Assembly (NCBI GenBank): GCA_049972095.1
Contig: JBMFKQ010000009.1
Span: forward strand, 1-46,058
Length of the DNA: 46,058 nucleotides
Direction of reading: 5' to 3'
Origin: Elusimicrobiales bacterium
Lineage (GTDB): Bacteria > Elusimicrobiota > Elusimicrobia > Elusimicrobiales > UBA9959
The notes under the pieces are model-generated. The model was not told where the DNA came from. It searched no databases and saw only the letters and a program-made list of their open reading frames with translations. Shown one piece after another: positions 1-9,750 of this stretch. A program made the position numbers and the translations under genes. The first letter of the stretch is position 1, and each line of letters begins with the position of its first letter.

Positions 1-12
1 TTCTTGGTTCAT
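1..12 (-). CDS. Probable 5' end of a gene running off the left edge (MNQE...), product unknown
   Basis: Minus-strand ATG at 10-12 lies 6 nt downstream of a good promoter; only 4 codons are visible. Confidence 0.4.
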
Positions 13-18
13 AGTTAT

Positions 19-47
19 ATTCTAACAAATCATCTATTGTAAATCAA
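19..47 (-). promoter_or_regulatory. Sigma70-type promoter, probably leaderless transcript
   Basis: TTGATT (47-42), 17-nt spacer, TGn-TAGAAT (24-19), then 6 nt to ATG with no Shine-Dalgarno. Confidence 0.55.
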
Positions 48-296
48 ATCAAATATAATTTACCGGAATATAATACATCTTTGTCAGAAATAGTGTTAGC
101 AAAAATATCTAGTTAAAGAAGTGACTTATCATAGTAACATTAATTATGACAGGACAATGCTTTATTTCACTGACACTTATTTTTGACCTGACAGGATTAG
201 TTAATTATTTATTTTTTTAAGATTACCTAGGAAAAGGTCATGTCAGATAAAACATTTTCTATCTTACAGAAAGTAGGAATAAAAAAATTCTTCAAG

Positions 297-1394
297 CTAT
301 TCAAGATTATCAAACTCAGATTTCTCTTTTTTAATAAAAAGCTCAGGATAAAGCTTTCTATATCCAAATATCCCATGCTCCCATCCAAATATCCCTCTTG
401 TTAGAGTCTCTATATCCTGCTCACCAACCATAAGATTCTTACCTACAGAAATAGCTACATCAAGAATTGGCATCACTATGTCTGAAAACACCTCTTCTTT
501 ACTCACTCTTCTCATTCCTAAATAGCGAATTATTGATGGAAGTACGGGATTTTCACCAACTATCTCTCCATCTTCATAAATATAAACCCCAACCCCAGAT
601 TTCCTTCCAAGCTGTCCATATTGGAAAAGTTTGTGCTCTATTTCATGAGGAACAAGATCAATTCTGTTAAGCATCTCAGATATACTTATCCCTGCATTAT
701 AATCATTATCAATTCCTCCAAGATCAAGAAGTTCAAAAGGACCGTATTTAGAACCTGTCATTTGTTTTATAGCACTGTCTATAAAGGAAGGTAAACCTTT
801 ACCTTTATACAATATATTAAAAGCTGCATTAAAATAAATCCTTAAAAATATTTCTGAAAGACCACCTGGAATATCAGATGTTATTATGTATTTAACAGAG
901 AGTTTATCAATAAATTGAGAGAACCTCTCAACAGCCTCCAGATCAGTATAATCTGTTTTTGAAACCTCAATAACAGACCATGGGAATATGTCAGGAAATT
1001 TAACACCCACACTTCTTTCAGGCGGAAGATTCCTAATTCTCTCAAAATTGTCTAAAAGAGGGGTGTGTGTACTTATAGCAATTATACATCTGTCATCAAC
1101 CTCTTTAAGTATCTTTGAAAAGTAAAGAAATCTTTCTTCATAAGTTTTCGATGAAAGATCTATTATTAAATCTGCACCGTGAAACTTAGAATAATCTTGA
1201 ACTGTTTCTATACTTGACAATAAATCAGCCCTTCCTTCCTTTTCAAGCCTCCATTTTACCTTTGCATAAAGAACTAAAAGACTTTCTTTAAAACTATCAT
1301 AAACCCTTACTTGAAAACCTTTTTCTACAAGCATATATGAAAGCAAGGTAGTTTTCCTATTTGCTCCTATTATCCCTATTCCCTCAATTGTCAT
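297..1394 (-). CDS. 3-hydroxyacyl-CoA dehydrogenase family protein, motif-degenerate
   Basis: N-terminal Rossmann-like start (IGIIGA...GFQVRVYD); C-terminal domain motifs GPFELLDLGGID and GQLGRKSGVGVYIY; catalytic motifs altered. Confidence 0.75.
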   Translation of the reverse strand: MTIEGIGIIGANRKTTLLSYMLVEKGFQVRVYDSFKESLLVLYAKVKWRLEKEGRADLLSSIETVQDYSKFHGADLIIDLSSKTYEERFLYFSKILKEVDDRCIIAISTHTPLLDNFERIRNLPPERSVGVKFPDIFPWSVIEVSKTDYTDLEAVERFSQFIDKLSVKYIITSDIPGGLSEIFLRIYFNAAFNILYKGKGLPSFIDSAIKQMTGSKYGPFELLDLGGIDNDYNAGISISEMLNRIDLVPHEIEHKLFQYGQLGRKSGVGVYIYEDGEIVGENPVLPSIIRYLGMRRVSKEEVFSDIVMPILDVAISVGKNLMVGEQDIETLTRGIFGWEHGIFGYRKLYPELFIKKEKSEFDNLE

Positions 1395-1397
1395 AAA

Positions 1398-2816
1398 TTA
1401 GATCTTTTCTATTTTTATTATACCACTTCTATTAAAAACTATTCTATGTCTATCATAAAAAACACCTGAGTTTTTGTGAAAATATCTAACAATAAAATTT
1501 AAAATATAGTTCTTTGAAAGATTATCTACTTTGAATGCATTATCACAGTATATATAATATTTTAAAGCCTCATCATCGCTATGTTTTAAGAAGTCATAGA
1601 TTGAAAATCTCATTATATCAACAAGGTCATGCCTTCTTGTATGATACATCTTTATTTTTTTTGAATTTATCCTGACAATTTTTTTATATTTAAGAACAGT
1701 ATCAGGGGTAATCTCACCTACTGTAAGCTGTATCTCCCTTCTTTGCTTTAAAATATCAACATCCAACCTATCAGGAGATGTGATGAAAAAAGCCTCCTTT
1801 ATATAACCTATATAAGCTCCATGAATTGGCTCGGTTATCTTTATTTTCCTATCATATATTATACTCCCAGCCTTTTTAACAAAAAGAAATTTTGAGAACT
1901 CCTTAATTCTATCTTTGAATACATAACTTATCACGGCTATAACAACAAAAACAGCACTTGTAAATGAATACCTCTGCTGAGCGTATAGGGTAACTACAAC
2001 AGCAAAAAGCATGGCAACTGCACTTGCAATGCTTGAAGCTATATGGTTGTAGATATTAAATGCCGGTTCCGTATTCAAAAAAAGACAGCTGGATATAAAT
2101 TTTTTAAGAACACCCCTGTAATAGAGAAAATAATCAAAATCCTTCTCATCAGGATAAGAATACCCATAAGCCCTTCTATAAGAGTAAAGCTCATGCGCTA
2201 GGGAAAGCAGCGAAGATTTAATAGCTGGTTTGATATCTTTGTTTTTATCAAGGAGATTTGCAACTGATTCCATTAAAATAAGAGTTATATAATCATCAGC
2301 ATTACGAAATGCATTTAATATATTCTGTGAATATCTGAAGGAGGCGATTTTTTTCCTCAGCTGCGAGAATGCCTCAAAAGCAGCCGATTTTATGAAAATT
2401 ATATCCGATACAGAACTATCAAACCCATCTTCGCTAACAGTCTCAGTAATCCTTTCCTTAAGGATTGAAGCCATCATCTTTATCTCATCAACTATGGCTT
2501 CTTCAAGATAAATATCATTTTTTTCCTTAAAATCATCAAGCATCTTTAGAAGCCTAATATATGGAGAAAGTTCATTTGAAGGGTTAAAAAGCTCTTCCAC
2601 ACCCATTCTTGGTGCCAAATACCTTAGATACCTTTGAATGGAAGAATAAAACTGTTCTTTTGAATATGTAAGGTATGATATATTTAAGGATGATGGAAGG
2701 AAAAAGTAATACTCAAAAATATGATCACCATCATAATCTTGTATGAGATTTATTTTTATCTCAAATCTATATCTATCATGAATGGATATATCCTCAAAAA
2801 GAATATCTCTTTCCAT
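1398..2816 (-). CDS. Hypothetical membrane protein with two adjacent TM helices
   Basis: 472-aa ORF tightly packed between neighbours; hydrophobic segments IASSIASAVAMLFAVVVTLYA and AVFVVIAVISYVF. Confidence 0.75.
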   Translation of the reverse strand: MERDILFEDISIHDRYRFEIKINLIQDYDGDHIFEYYFFLPSSLNISYLTYSKEQFYSSIQRYLRYLAPRMGVEELFNPSNELSPYIRLLKMLDDFKEKNDIYLEEAIVDEIKMMASILKERITETVSEDGFDSSVSDIIFIKSAAFEAFSQLRKKIASFRYSQNILNAFRNADDYITLILMESVANLLDKNKDIKPAIKSSLLSLAHELYSYRRAYGYSYPDEKDFDYFLYYRGVLKKFISSCLFLNTEPAFNIYNHIASSIASAVAMLFAVVVTLYAQQRYSFTSAVFVVIAVISYVFKDRIKEFSKFLFVKKAGSIIYDRKIKITEPIHGAYIGYIKEAFFITSPDRLDVDILKQRREIQLTVGEITPDTVLKYKKIVRINSKKIKMYHTRRHDLVDIMRFSIYDFLKHSDDEALKYYIYCDNAFKVDNLSKNYILNFIVRYFHKNSGVFYDRHRIVFNRSGIIKIEKI

Positions 2817-2852
2817 AGATTTTTAGAGAGAAAGAAATATTTTTTAACCCAT

Positions 2853-3605
2853 TCACAAGGTAGTCAGTATTCTAAAACCTCTATCAGTAACACACACTGT
2901 ATGCTCAAAATGAGCAGCATAACTTCCATCAACCGTAGCAACAGTCCAACCATTATCTTTAATATAGACATGTGCCTTACCAAGTGTTACCATTGGCTCA
3001 ACTGCAAGCGTCATACCAGCATGTAGGATAGGTCCTGTATTTCTTATGCCATAGTTGAATATAGTTGGTTCCTCATGAAGATTTCTCCCTATCCCATGAC
3101 CAGTAAATTCTTTTAACACATCCATCCCATTTGAAAAAACATAGCTCCCTATGGCATTCGAAACATTACCAAGTCTTACTCCATCCCTTATCTCCGCAAG
3201 GCCTTTAAAAAGAGCCTTGTTACACACATCAACAAGTCTTTCGTGATCCTTTGATTTTGCCTTCCCAACAATAAATGTTATTGCTGCATCACCATAGTAT
3301 CCATCATACACAACCCCCAGATCAAGACTTACAACATCTCCCTCTTCTATTATTCTCTTATCCGAAGGTATCCCGTGTATAACCTCATCATTCACTGATA
3401 CACATATTGTTTTAGGATATCCTCTGTATCCAAGAAATGCTGGTTTAGCTTTCCTTTTCTCTATATAAGCCCTTGCCAAATCATCCAGGTACTGCGTGGA
3501 AACTCCAGGTTTTGTTTTCTCTTTTATAATCAAAAAGGTTTCAGCTACTATCTTTGAGGCTTTTTCAATAAGAGATATTTCACTCTCATTCTTTATTTCT
3601 ATCAT
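2853..3605 (-). CDS. map: Methionine aminopeptidase, type I
   Basis: CVSVNDEVIHGIP, DLGV, GDAAIT, GHGIG..LHEEP, AVEPM and AHFEHT motifs; ATG overlaps the adk stop (TGATG). Confidence 0.97.
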   Translation of the reverse strand: MIEIKNESEISLIEKASKIVAETFLIIKEKTKPGVSTQYLDDLARAYIEKRKAKPAFLGYRGYPKTICVSVNDEVIHGIPSDKRIIEEGDVVSLDLGVVYDGYYGDAAITFIVGKAKSKDHERLVDVCNKALFKGLAEIRDGVRLGNVSNAIGSYVFSNGMDVLKEFTGHGIGRNLHEEPTIFNYGIRNTGPILHAGMTLAVEPMVTLGKAHVYIKDNGWTVATVDGSYAAHFEHTVCVTDRGFRILTTL

Positions 3606-4237
3606 CAAAGATTCGAGACAATCTGTCTATAAACTTCCTCTACTGATTTTGCTGCATCAATTATGATAAATATCCCTTGTGTCCTGTAGTATGAGATGAG
3701 AGGAGCTGTAAGATCCTTATAAACATCAATTCTTTTTTTTACTATCTCCTGTCTATCATCATCTCTCTGAACGAGTAAGACGCCACAAACATCACAGATA
3801 CTATCTTTCTTAGGTGGATCTGTTATAAGGTTGTAAATTTTAGCACATTTAGGGCAATTCCTTCTTGCAGAAATTCTTTTTATAACATCCCTCTCATTAA
3901 CCTCAAAGAAAAAAACCTTATCAATACCCTTTTTAAACTCACAAAGCATATTCTCAAGCCCCTCAGCCTGTTCCACGGTTCTTGGAAATCCATCGAAGAC
4001 TATGTTCCCATTTATATTTTTTACCCTCTCTCTTATAACATCTAAAACAACAGAATCAGGCACCAGCTTACCCTGAGATATGTATGAGTTAACCCTTCTA
4101 CCAAGCTCACTATTTTTTGATATCTCCTCTCTAAACAGATCTCCAGTGGATATATGAACAAAACCATTTCTTTCAACAAGCAATCTTGCCTGTGTGCCTT
4201 TACCTGAACCAGGATATCCAAGAAAAATTATATTCAT
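3605..4237 (-). CDS. adk: Adenylate kinase with zinc-binding LID
   Basis: P-loop GYPGSGKGTQ, HISTGDLFR, FDGFPRT; CPKC and CDVC in the LID. Confidence 0.97.
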   Translation of the reverse strand: MNIIFLGYPGSGKGTQARLLVERNGFVHISTGDLFREEISKNSELGRRVNSYISQGKLVPDSVVLDVIRERVKNINGNIVFDGFPRTVEQAEGLENMLCEFKKGIDKVFFFEVNERDVIKRISARRNCPKCAKIYNLITDPPKKDSICDVCGVLLVQRDDDRQEIVKKRIDVYKDLTAPLISYYRTQGIFIIIDAAKSVEEVYRQIVSNL

Positions 4238-4248
4238 ATCCTCACCCT

Positions 4249-5589
4249 TTATTTACCAACGTTAAACCATCTCCCCTGTATTTTCTTGTTTCTATAAAGC
4301 CCTTCATAATTTCTCATAAGAAGATGAGCCTCAAGCTGACTTATAGTATCAAGAGCAACACCAACAACAATAAGAAGGGATGTGCCGCCAAAATAAAAAG
4401 GAACATTAAATTTTGCTTTTAGATAATCGGGAAGTATTGCTATAAAGGAAACCGCTATAGCACCACCAAGGGTTATTCTGTTAAGAACATACTCTATATA
4501 CTTCTGTGTTGACTCACCAGGCCTTATTCCGGGTATAAAACCTCCCCACCTCTTCATATTCTCAGCAAGGTCCTTTGGATTTATAGCGACGGAATTGTAA
4601 AAATAACAGAAAAATATTATCAAGCCTGCATAGATAAGCTGATAAACTATACTTGAATGATTCATATACTCAAGAATCTTCTTTGCCCATGCGGTATTAG
4701 GGTTAAATGTAGTAATTGTGACTGGAAGTGTCAAAAAGGCAACAGCAAATATAACAGCAATAACCCCTGATTGATCTACCTTAAGAGGTAGATATGTTGA
4801 AACCCCACCATAAACCTTTCTTCCCACAATTCTTTGAGCATATTGTATGGGAATCCTTCTTTGAGCAGTCTCAATCCATACAACAAAGGCAGTTATTAAA
4901 ATAACAATGACAAGCACAGATATCGCGGTAAGAAGCCCTATTTCTTCAAGTTTAACAAGCCTTATCATATCCATAACTGCCTTTGGGAGTCTGTCAACTA
5001 TTCCTGTAAATATTATGAGAGAAATACCATTCCCTATTCCTCTCTCTGTCATCTGCTCACCGAGCCACATTATAAGTATCGTTCCAGTAGTAAGAGTTAG
5101 AACTGCCATAAAGTAAAAAACTCCATCAGGATTTTCAACAATAGGCAATCCTCCAGGCACAGGCAGGTGATTAAGTGCTATAACAAGCCCAAAAGATTGA
5201 ACAGCTGCTATAAAAAGTGTAAAAAACCTTGTTATTTGAATTATCTTTCTTCTTCCGCTTTCACCCTCTCTTGCAAGTCTATCAATGTAGCCAAACATAT
5301 GAGAACCCTGCACAAGACTCATTATTATCGAGGCGTTTATATATGGCATAACGCCAAGAGCAAATATTGAAAGTCTTCCAAGAGCCCCACCTGAAAATAT
5401 ATCAAGAAATCCGAGAATACCACTTCTGTTTGCCTCAAAAAGGGATTTAAGTGCGCTAGGATTTACTCCTGGTATGGTTATTGCAGCACCTATTCTATAT
5501 GCAGCAATCCCAAGAAGAACAAAGAGTATCCTCTTAGTCAAATCCTTAGATTTAAGAAGCCCTTCAATCCTGTCAGTTTCCATAAACAC
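4249..5589 (-). CDS. secY: Preprotein translocase subunit SecY
   Basis: SIFALGVMPYINASII, WLGEQMTERGIGNGISLIIF, FIPGIRPG, FGGTSLLIVVGV; true start may be the ATG at 5583. Confidence 0.98.
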   Translation of the reverse strand: MFMETDRIEGLLKSKDLTKRILFVLLGIAAYRIGAAITIPGVNPSALKSLFEANRSGILGFLDIFSGGALGRLSIFALGVMPYINASIIMSLVQGSHMFGYIDRLAREGESGRRKIIQITRFFTLFIAAVQSFGLVIALNHLPVPGGLPIVENPDGVFYFMAVLTLTTGTILIMWLGEQMTERGIGNGISLIIFTGIVDRLPKAVMDMIRLVKLEEIGLLTAISVLVIVILITAFVVWIETAQRRIPIQYAQRIVGRKVYGGVSTYLPLKVDQSGVIAVIFAVAFLTLPVTITTFNPNTAWAKKILEYMNHSSIVYQLIYAGLIIFFCYFYNSVAINPKDLAENMKRWGGFIPGIRPGESTQKYIEYVLNRITLGGAIAVSFIAILPDYLKAKFNVPFYFGGTSLLIVVGVALDTISQLEAHLLMRNYEGLYRNKKIQGRWFNVGK

Positions 5590-5607
5590 TTTCTAATGTA
5601 TAAAAAA

Positions 5608-6057
5608 TTACTCAATGACTACAACCTTGCCACCGGCTTTTTCTATCTTTTCTATTGCCGATTTTGAAAAAGCATTTGCACTGACTGTAAACATCTTTGT
5701 AAGCTCACCATCACCAAGTATTTTAACAGGAAGCTTAGATTTTATTATACCTTTTTCTCTAAGAACCTCAGGGGTGATCTGCTGACCATTTGAAAAATAC
5801 TTCTCAATAGTTTCCAGATTTATTACCTCGTAGTCTTTTCTAAAGATTTTATTGTTAAAACCTCTTTTTGGTATTCTTCTCAAAAGGGGCATCTGTCCCC
5901 CTTCAAAGCCAATCCTTTTAGGCTCACCGCTTCTTGCACGCTGACCTTTTTGTCCTCTTGTTGATGTCTGTCCATGACCTGAACCTTGCCCCGTCCCAAG
6001 TCTTTTCTTCTTATGAACAGATCCTTTTTTTGGTGCAAGTTCATGAATGTAAACCAT
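5608..6057 (-). CDS. rplO: 50S ribosomal protein L15
   Basis: GSGHGQTSTRGQKGQRARSG, GFEGGQMPLLRRIPKRGF; ATG at 6057 follows a GGGGG SD. Confidence 0.97.
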   Translation of the reverse strand: MVYIHELAPKKGSVHKKKRLGTGQGSGHGQTSTRGQKGQRARSGEPKRIGFEGGQMPLLRRIPKRGFNNKIFRKDYEVINLETIEKYFSNGQQITPEVLREKGIIKSKLPVKILGDGELTKMFTVSANAFSKSAIEKIEKAGGKVVVIE

Positions 6058-6068
6058 AAAATCCCCCA

Positions 6069-6611
6069 TTATTTCCTTATCTCTTTATATGTTTGTGGAA
6101 GTTTAAGTTTTTTAAGTGCTTCAATAGTTGCATATGCAGAGTTAAAAGGATTTGTAGAGCCAATATTTTTTGTAAGTATATTTTTCACACCTGCAACCTC
6201 AAGGATACTCCTTGCTGCTCCACCTGCTATAAGTCCAGTTCCCTCAATAGCCGGCTTCATCCATATATATCCAGAACAAAACTTAGCCTCAACCTCATGA
6301 GGAATTGTTCCATTTATTAAAGGAAACTCTATCATATTTTTTCTTGCCAGAGCTATCGCTTTCTGTATTGCATCCTGAACCTCCTTTGCCTTTCCAACAG
6401 CAATCCCAACCTTTCCTTCACCATTTCCCACCGCAACAAGCGCATTGAAAGAAAGCCTTTTCCCACCTTTTACAACCTTTGCCACCCTATTTACAGCTAT
6501 AACAATATTTTTTTCTTTATCAAGCTCATCCTTTACTTCTATAAACTCTCCATCCTTTTCACGAGAGATCTCAATTTCAGCCTTCAACTTTTTTTGATTT
6601 TTTATTATCAT
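6069..6611 (-). CDS. rpsE: 30S ribosomal protein S5
   Basis: VNRVAKVVKGGKRLSFNALVAVGNG, GTGLIAGG, GSTNPFN; charged N-terminal extension. Confidence 0.97.
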   Translation of the reverse strand: MIIKNQKKLKAEIEISREKDGEFIEVKDELDKEKNIVIAVNRVAKVVKGGKRLSFNALVAVGNGEGKVGIAVGKAKEVQDAIQKAIALARKNMIEFPLINGTIPHEVEAKFCSGYIWMKPAIEGTGLIAGGAARSILEVAGVKNILTKNIGSTNPFNSAYATIEALKKLKLPQTYKEIRK

Positions 6612-6622
6612 ATTCCTCTCCC

Positions 6623-6997
6623 TTAAAACTCAAGCCCATTTTCTCTGGCAGAGTCTGCAACAGCCTTTATCCTTCCATGAAATATCCTCCCACCCCGGTC
6701 AAAAACAACCTTCTTTATCCCTTTTTCCAAAGCTCTTTTTGCTATAACCTCACCAAGAATTCTACACGCTTCAACACTCTTAGCAGATTTATTAAGCTTT
6801 GAGATCCTATCTCTAAGATCTTTTTCAAGAGTTGAGGCAAATGCTAATGTTCTTCCCTCAATATCATTCACCACTTGAGCATAAAGATATCTATTTGTTC
6901 TTGTAACACAAAGTCTTGGTCTTGTTATACCCCGCTTAAAAATTTTTTTGCTTGTTCTCTGCTTTCTTAAAATGTATCTCTCCTGTTTTGTTATCAT
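6623..6997 (-). CDS. rplR: 50S ribosomal protein L18
   Basis: RPRLCVTRTNRYLYAQ, VVFDRGG..FHGRIKAVAD.ARE.GLEF. Confidence 0.97.
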   Translation of the reverse strand: MITKQERYILRKQRTSKKIFKRGITRPRLCVTRTNRYLYAQVVNDIEGRTLAFASTLEKDLRDRISKLNKSAKSVEACRILGEVIAKRALEKGIKKVVFDRGGRIFHGRIKAVADSARENGLEF

Positions 6998-7010
6998 AAT
7001 GCCACCCCAT

Positions 7011-7568
7011 TTATTTCTTGAGATCAGCTCCTACCTGAGCCTTTCCTGCCTTTCTTATAATTCTTTCATTCTGATATCTTATGCCACTTCCTTTATAAGG
7101 TTCAGGAGGTTTTATCTTTCTTATCCTATCAGCAAATATGCCAACCATCTCCTTATCTATACCAGAAACCGTGATAAGTCCTGTCTTAGAGTCTATATCA
7201 ACACTTACCTCTGAAGGTATATCTATAATAACCGGGTGTGAAAAGCCAAGGGTGAATATAAGCTTTTTACCATCAGATGATTTTTCACATCTATACCCAA
7301 CACCAACTATCTCAAGAATCTTAGAAAACTTTTTAACAACACCATGAACAGCATTGTTCAGCTTTGCCCTAAAAGTACCATGAAAATTACTAATCTCATC
7401 AGAGTTTCTTTTAACCTTTATAATCCTATCTTTAATTTCAACACCCAGACCCTCAAATACTTTAAGCTTAAGAGAACCCTGTGGACCGCTTACTACTACA
7501 TAACCATCGCTCAAGTCAACCTTTACACCATCAGGTATGATTATTGGTTTATTGCCTATCTTACTCAT
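7011..7568 (-). CDS. rplF: 50S ribosomal protein L6
   Basis: MSKIGNKPI, GVGYR, LGFSHP, PPEPYKGSGIRY. Confidence 0.97.
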   Translation of the reverse strand: MSKIGNKPIIIPDGVKVDLSDGYVVVSGPQGSLKLKVFEGLGVEIKDRIIKVKRNSDEISNFHGTFRAKLNNAVHGVVKKFSKILEIVGVGYRCEKSSDGKKLIFTLGFSHPVIIDIPSEVSVDIDSKTGLITVSGIDKEMVGIFADRIRKIKPPEPYKGSGIRYQNERIIRKAGKAQVGADLKK

Positions 7569-7577
7569 AAAATCCTC

Positions 7578-7973
7578 CTACCAAACTTGGCAGATTATCT
7601 CACCCCCAATTCTTTCTCTCCTTGCCTTTACAGAACTCATAATCCCTTTTGAGGTTGAAACTATATTGATTCCAAAGGATGTTTTTACTCTTGGAAACTC
7701 ATCATACCCTCTATACATTCTCCTTGAAGGTTTTGAAAGCCTTTTAAAACCCATAAAAAGTGGTGTTTTATTTTCAGTATATTTAAGATTAACTCTTATT
7801 ATCTGTTTTTTTGATTGAGCTTCCTTTATAACCTTATAACTTCCTATAAAACCTTCGTCTTTAAGAACCTCAAGAACAGAAACATTCATCCTTGAATACG
7901 GGACATCAACCTTATCCTTTAACCTCATAGAGGCATTTTTTATCATAACCAGCATATTAGAAAGACTATCCAT
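7578..7973 (-). CDS. rpsH: 30S ribosomal protein S8
   Basis: MDSLSNMLVMIKNA, LKDEGFI, SKPSRRMY, IVSTSKGIMS, GGEIICQVW. Confidence 0.97.
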   Translation of the reverse strand: MDSLSNMLVMIKNASMRLKDKVDVPYSRMNVSVLEVLKDEGFIGSYKVIKEAQSKKQIIRVNLKYTENKTPLFMGFKRLSKPSRRMYRGYDEFPRVKTSFGINIVSTSKGIMSSVKARRERIGGEIICQVW

Positions 7974-7984
7974 CAAATCCTCCC

Positions 7985-8170
7985 TTACCAGCTTGCTTTC
8001 TTTAAGCCTGGAATAAGCCCTTCATGCGCCATCTTTCTCAAACAGATTCTACAAAGCCCAAAATCTCTGTAATAACCCCTAGGCCTTCCACATATCTGGC
8101 ATCTGTTTCTGTATCTTGTTGAAAACTTTGGCTTTTTTCTGGCTTTAGCCATCTGAGCATATGTAGCCAT
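7985..8170 (-). CDS. rpsN: 30S ribosomal protein S14, zinc-binding type Z
   Basis: 61 aa; [10 protein letters not shown] and [18 protein letters not shown]. Confidence 0.97.
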   Translation of the reverse strand: MATYAQMAKARKKPKFSTRYRNRCQICGRPRGYYRDFGLCRICLRKMAHEGLIPGLKKASW

Positions 8171-8185
8171 CCATCCTCCTATGTT

Positions 8186-8755
8186 TTACTTCTTAGTCTC
8201 CTTAAAAGGAAAACCAAAATAATCAAGAAGCCTTTTTGCTATCTTATCATCACGAGCTGTTGTAACAATCGTTATGTTCATACCTCTTGATTTTGGTGAT
8301 TTTTCAACATTAACCTCTGGAAATATAAAATGGTCTTTTATCCCTATATTAAGATTACCTCTACCATCAAACTTTCCTGGATCAAAACCTGAAAAATCCC
8401 TTATTTTAGGTGCTGCCAAGGATATAAATCTATCAAGAAACTCATACATCCTATCTCCCCTTATTGTAACCTTCACAGCTATTGGCATACCCTGTCTGAG
8501 CTTGAAGTTTGAAATGGATTTTTTTGCCCTTTTTATCTGAGGCATCTGACCACATATGGCAGCAAGGTCATCTTTTGCAGATTCAAGCATCTTTATATCA
8601 TCTCTTGCCTCGTTGACACTCATGCTTATAACAATCTTCTCTATCCTTGGCACAGCCATAGGAGAGGTGTATTTGAACTCATCCATCATAGCAGGAATTA
8701 TTTTTTCTTTGTAATATTTTTTGAGTCTAGGAATATAAGTGGTTTCAGAAGTCAT
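8186..8755 (-). CDS. rplE: 50S ribosomal protein L5
   Basis: VPRIEKIVI, AKKSISNFKLRQGMPI, FDGRGN, FPEV, GMNITIVT. Confidence 0.97.
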   Translation of the reverse strand: MTSETTYIPRLKKYYKEKIIPAMMDEFKYTSPMAVPRIEKIVISMSVNEARDDIKMLESAKDDLAAICGQMPQIKRAKKSISNFKLRQGMPIAVKVTIRGDRMYEFLDRFISLAAPKIRDFSGFDPGKFDGRGNLNIGIKDHFIFPEVNVEKSPKSRGMNITIVTTARDDKIAKRLLDYFGFPFKETKK

Positions 8756-8764
8756 TTTTACTCC

Positions 8765-9082
8765 TTATACAATGGTCTGGCCACATTTCCTACAAACCCT
8801 ATATTTTCCACTATTCGTCTGGGATATCTTAATCCTTGTTGGCTTATTGCATGACGGACAGATCAACATAACTTTTGAAATATGAAGCGGAGCTTCCTTT
8901 TTGATTATTCCACCAGGATCGTTTCTTGTTGGTTTTTGATGTTTCGCAACTATATTCACACCACTTACAACAACCTTTACAGCTACGCCATTTTCCCTTA
9001 TAACCCTAAGTATTTCTCCTTTCTTCCCTCTATCCTTACCACTAAGGATGACAACCTTATCCTTTTTCTTAAGTCCTAACAT
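8765..9082 (-). CDS. rplX: 50S ribosomal protein L24
   Basis: KOW motif DKVVILSGKDRGKKGEI; GGIIKKEAPLHISKV; C-terminal CPSC/CRKC. Confidence 0.97.
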   Translation of the reverse strand: MLGLKKKDKVVILSGKDRGKKGEILRVIRENGVAVKVVVSGVNIVAKHQKPTRNDPGGIIKKEAPLHISKVMLICPSCNKPTRIKISQTNSGKYRVCRKCGQTIV

Positions 9083-9091
9083 AACCACTCC

Positions 9092-9460
9092 TTAAAGAAC
9101 CTCTGGTGCAAGGGATATTATCTTAAGAAAATTTTTTGCCCTAAGTTCTCTGGCAACAGGGCCAAAAACTCTTGTCCCCTTAGGCTCACCAAGATTGTCT
9201 ATAACACACACAGCATTATCATCAAATCTTATATAAGAGCCATCAGCCCTTCTTATTTCTTTCCTAACCCTTACAACAACAGCTTTAACAACATCTCCCT
9301 TCTTTATATTGCTTTCAGGCAAAGCCTCTTTAACTGAGCAAACAACAATATCTCCAATACTTGCAAACTTTTTGTGACTTCCGCCTTTTATCTTAAAGCA
9401 CATAAGCTTCTTTGCACCAGAGTTGTCCGCAACATTAAGCATTGTTCTTAACTGTATCAT
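9092..9460 (-). CDS. rplN: 50S ribosomal protein L14
   Basis: [43 protein letters not shown]. Confidence 0.98.
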   Translation of the reverse strand: MIQLRTMLNVADNSGAKKLMCFKIKGGSHKKFASIGDIVVCSVKEALPESNIKKGDVVKAVVVRVRKEIRRADGSYIRFDDNAVCVIDNLGEPKGTRVFGPVARELRAKNFLKIISLAPEVL

Positions 9461-9472
9461 ATGAAATCTCCC

Positions 9473-9748
9473 CTATTGTGAATTTTTCTTAACAACCCTA
9501 TAAATCCTCCATCTCTTAAGTTTTGAAAGAGGTCTTGTTGCCATTATCTCAACCTCATCACCAACCTTGGATGTATTGAGTTCATCATGAGCATAGTAGT
9601 TTTTATACCTTCTTATAACCTTTTCATAGAGCGGGTGTCTAAAAATTCTCATAACCTTAACAACCCTTGTTTTATTCATCTTATCAGAGACAACCACGCC
9701 TCTAAGAAGCTGTCTTTTTTTTCTTTTTAATTTTGTCTCTTCACTCAT
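9473..9748 (-). CDS. rpsQ: 30S ribosomal protein S17
   Basis: [30 protein letters not shown]. Confidence 0.97.
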   Translation of the reverse strand: MSEETKLKRKKRQLLRGVVVSDKMNKTRVVKVMRIFRHPLYEKVIRRYKNYYAHDELNTSKVGDEVEIMATRPLSKLKRWRIYRVVKKNSQ

Positions 9749-9750
9749 AA

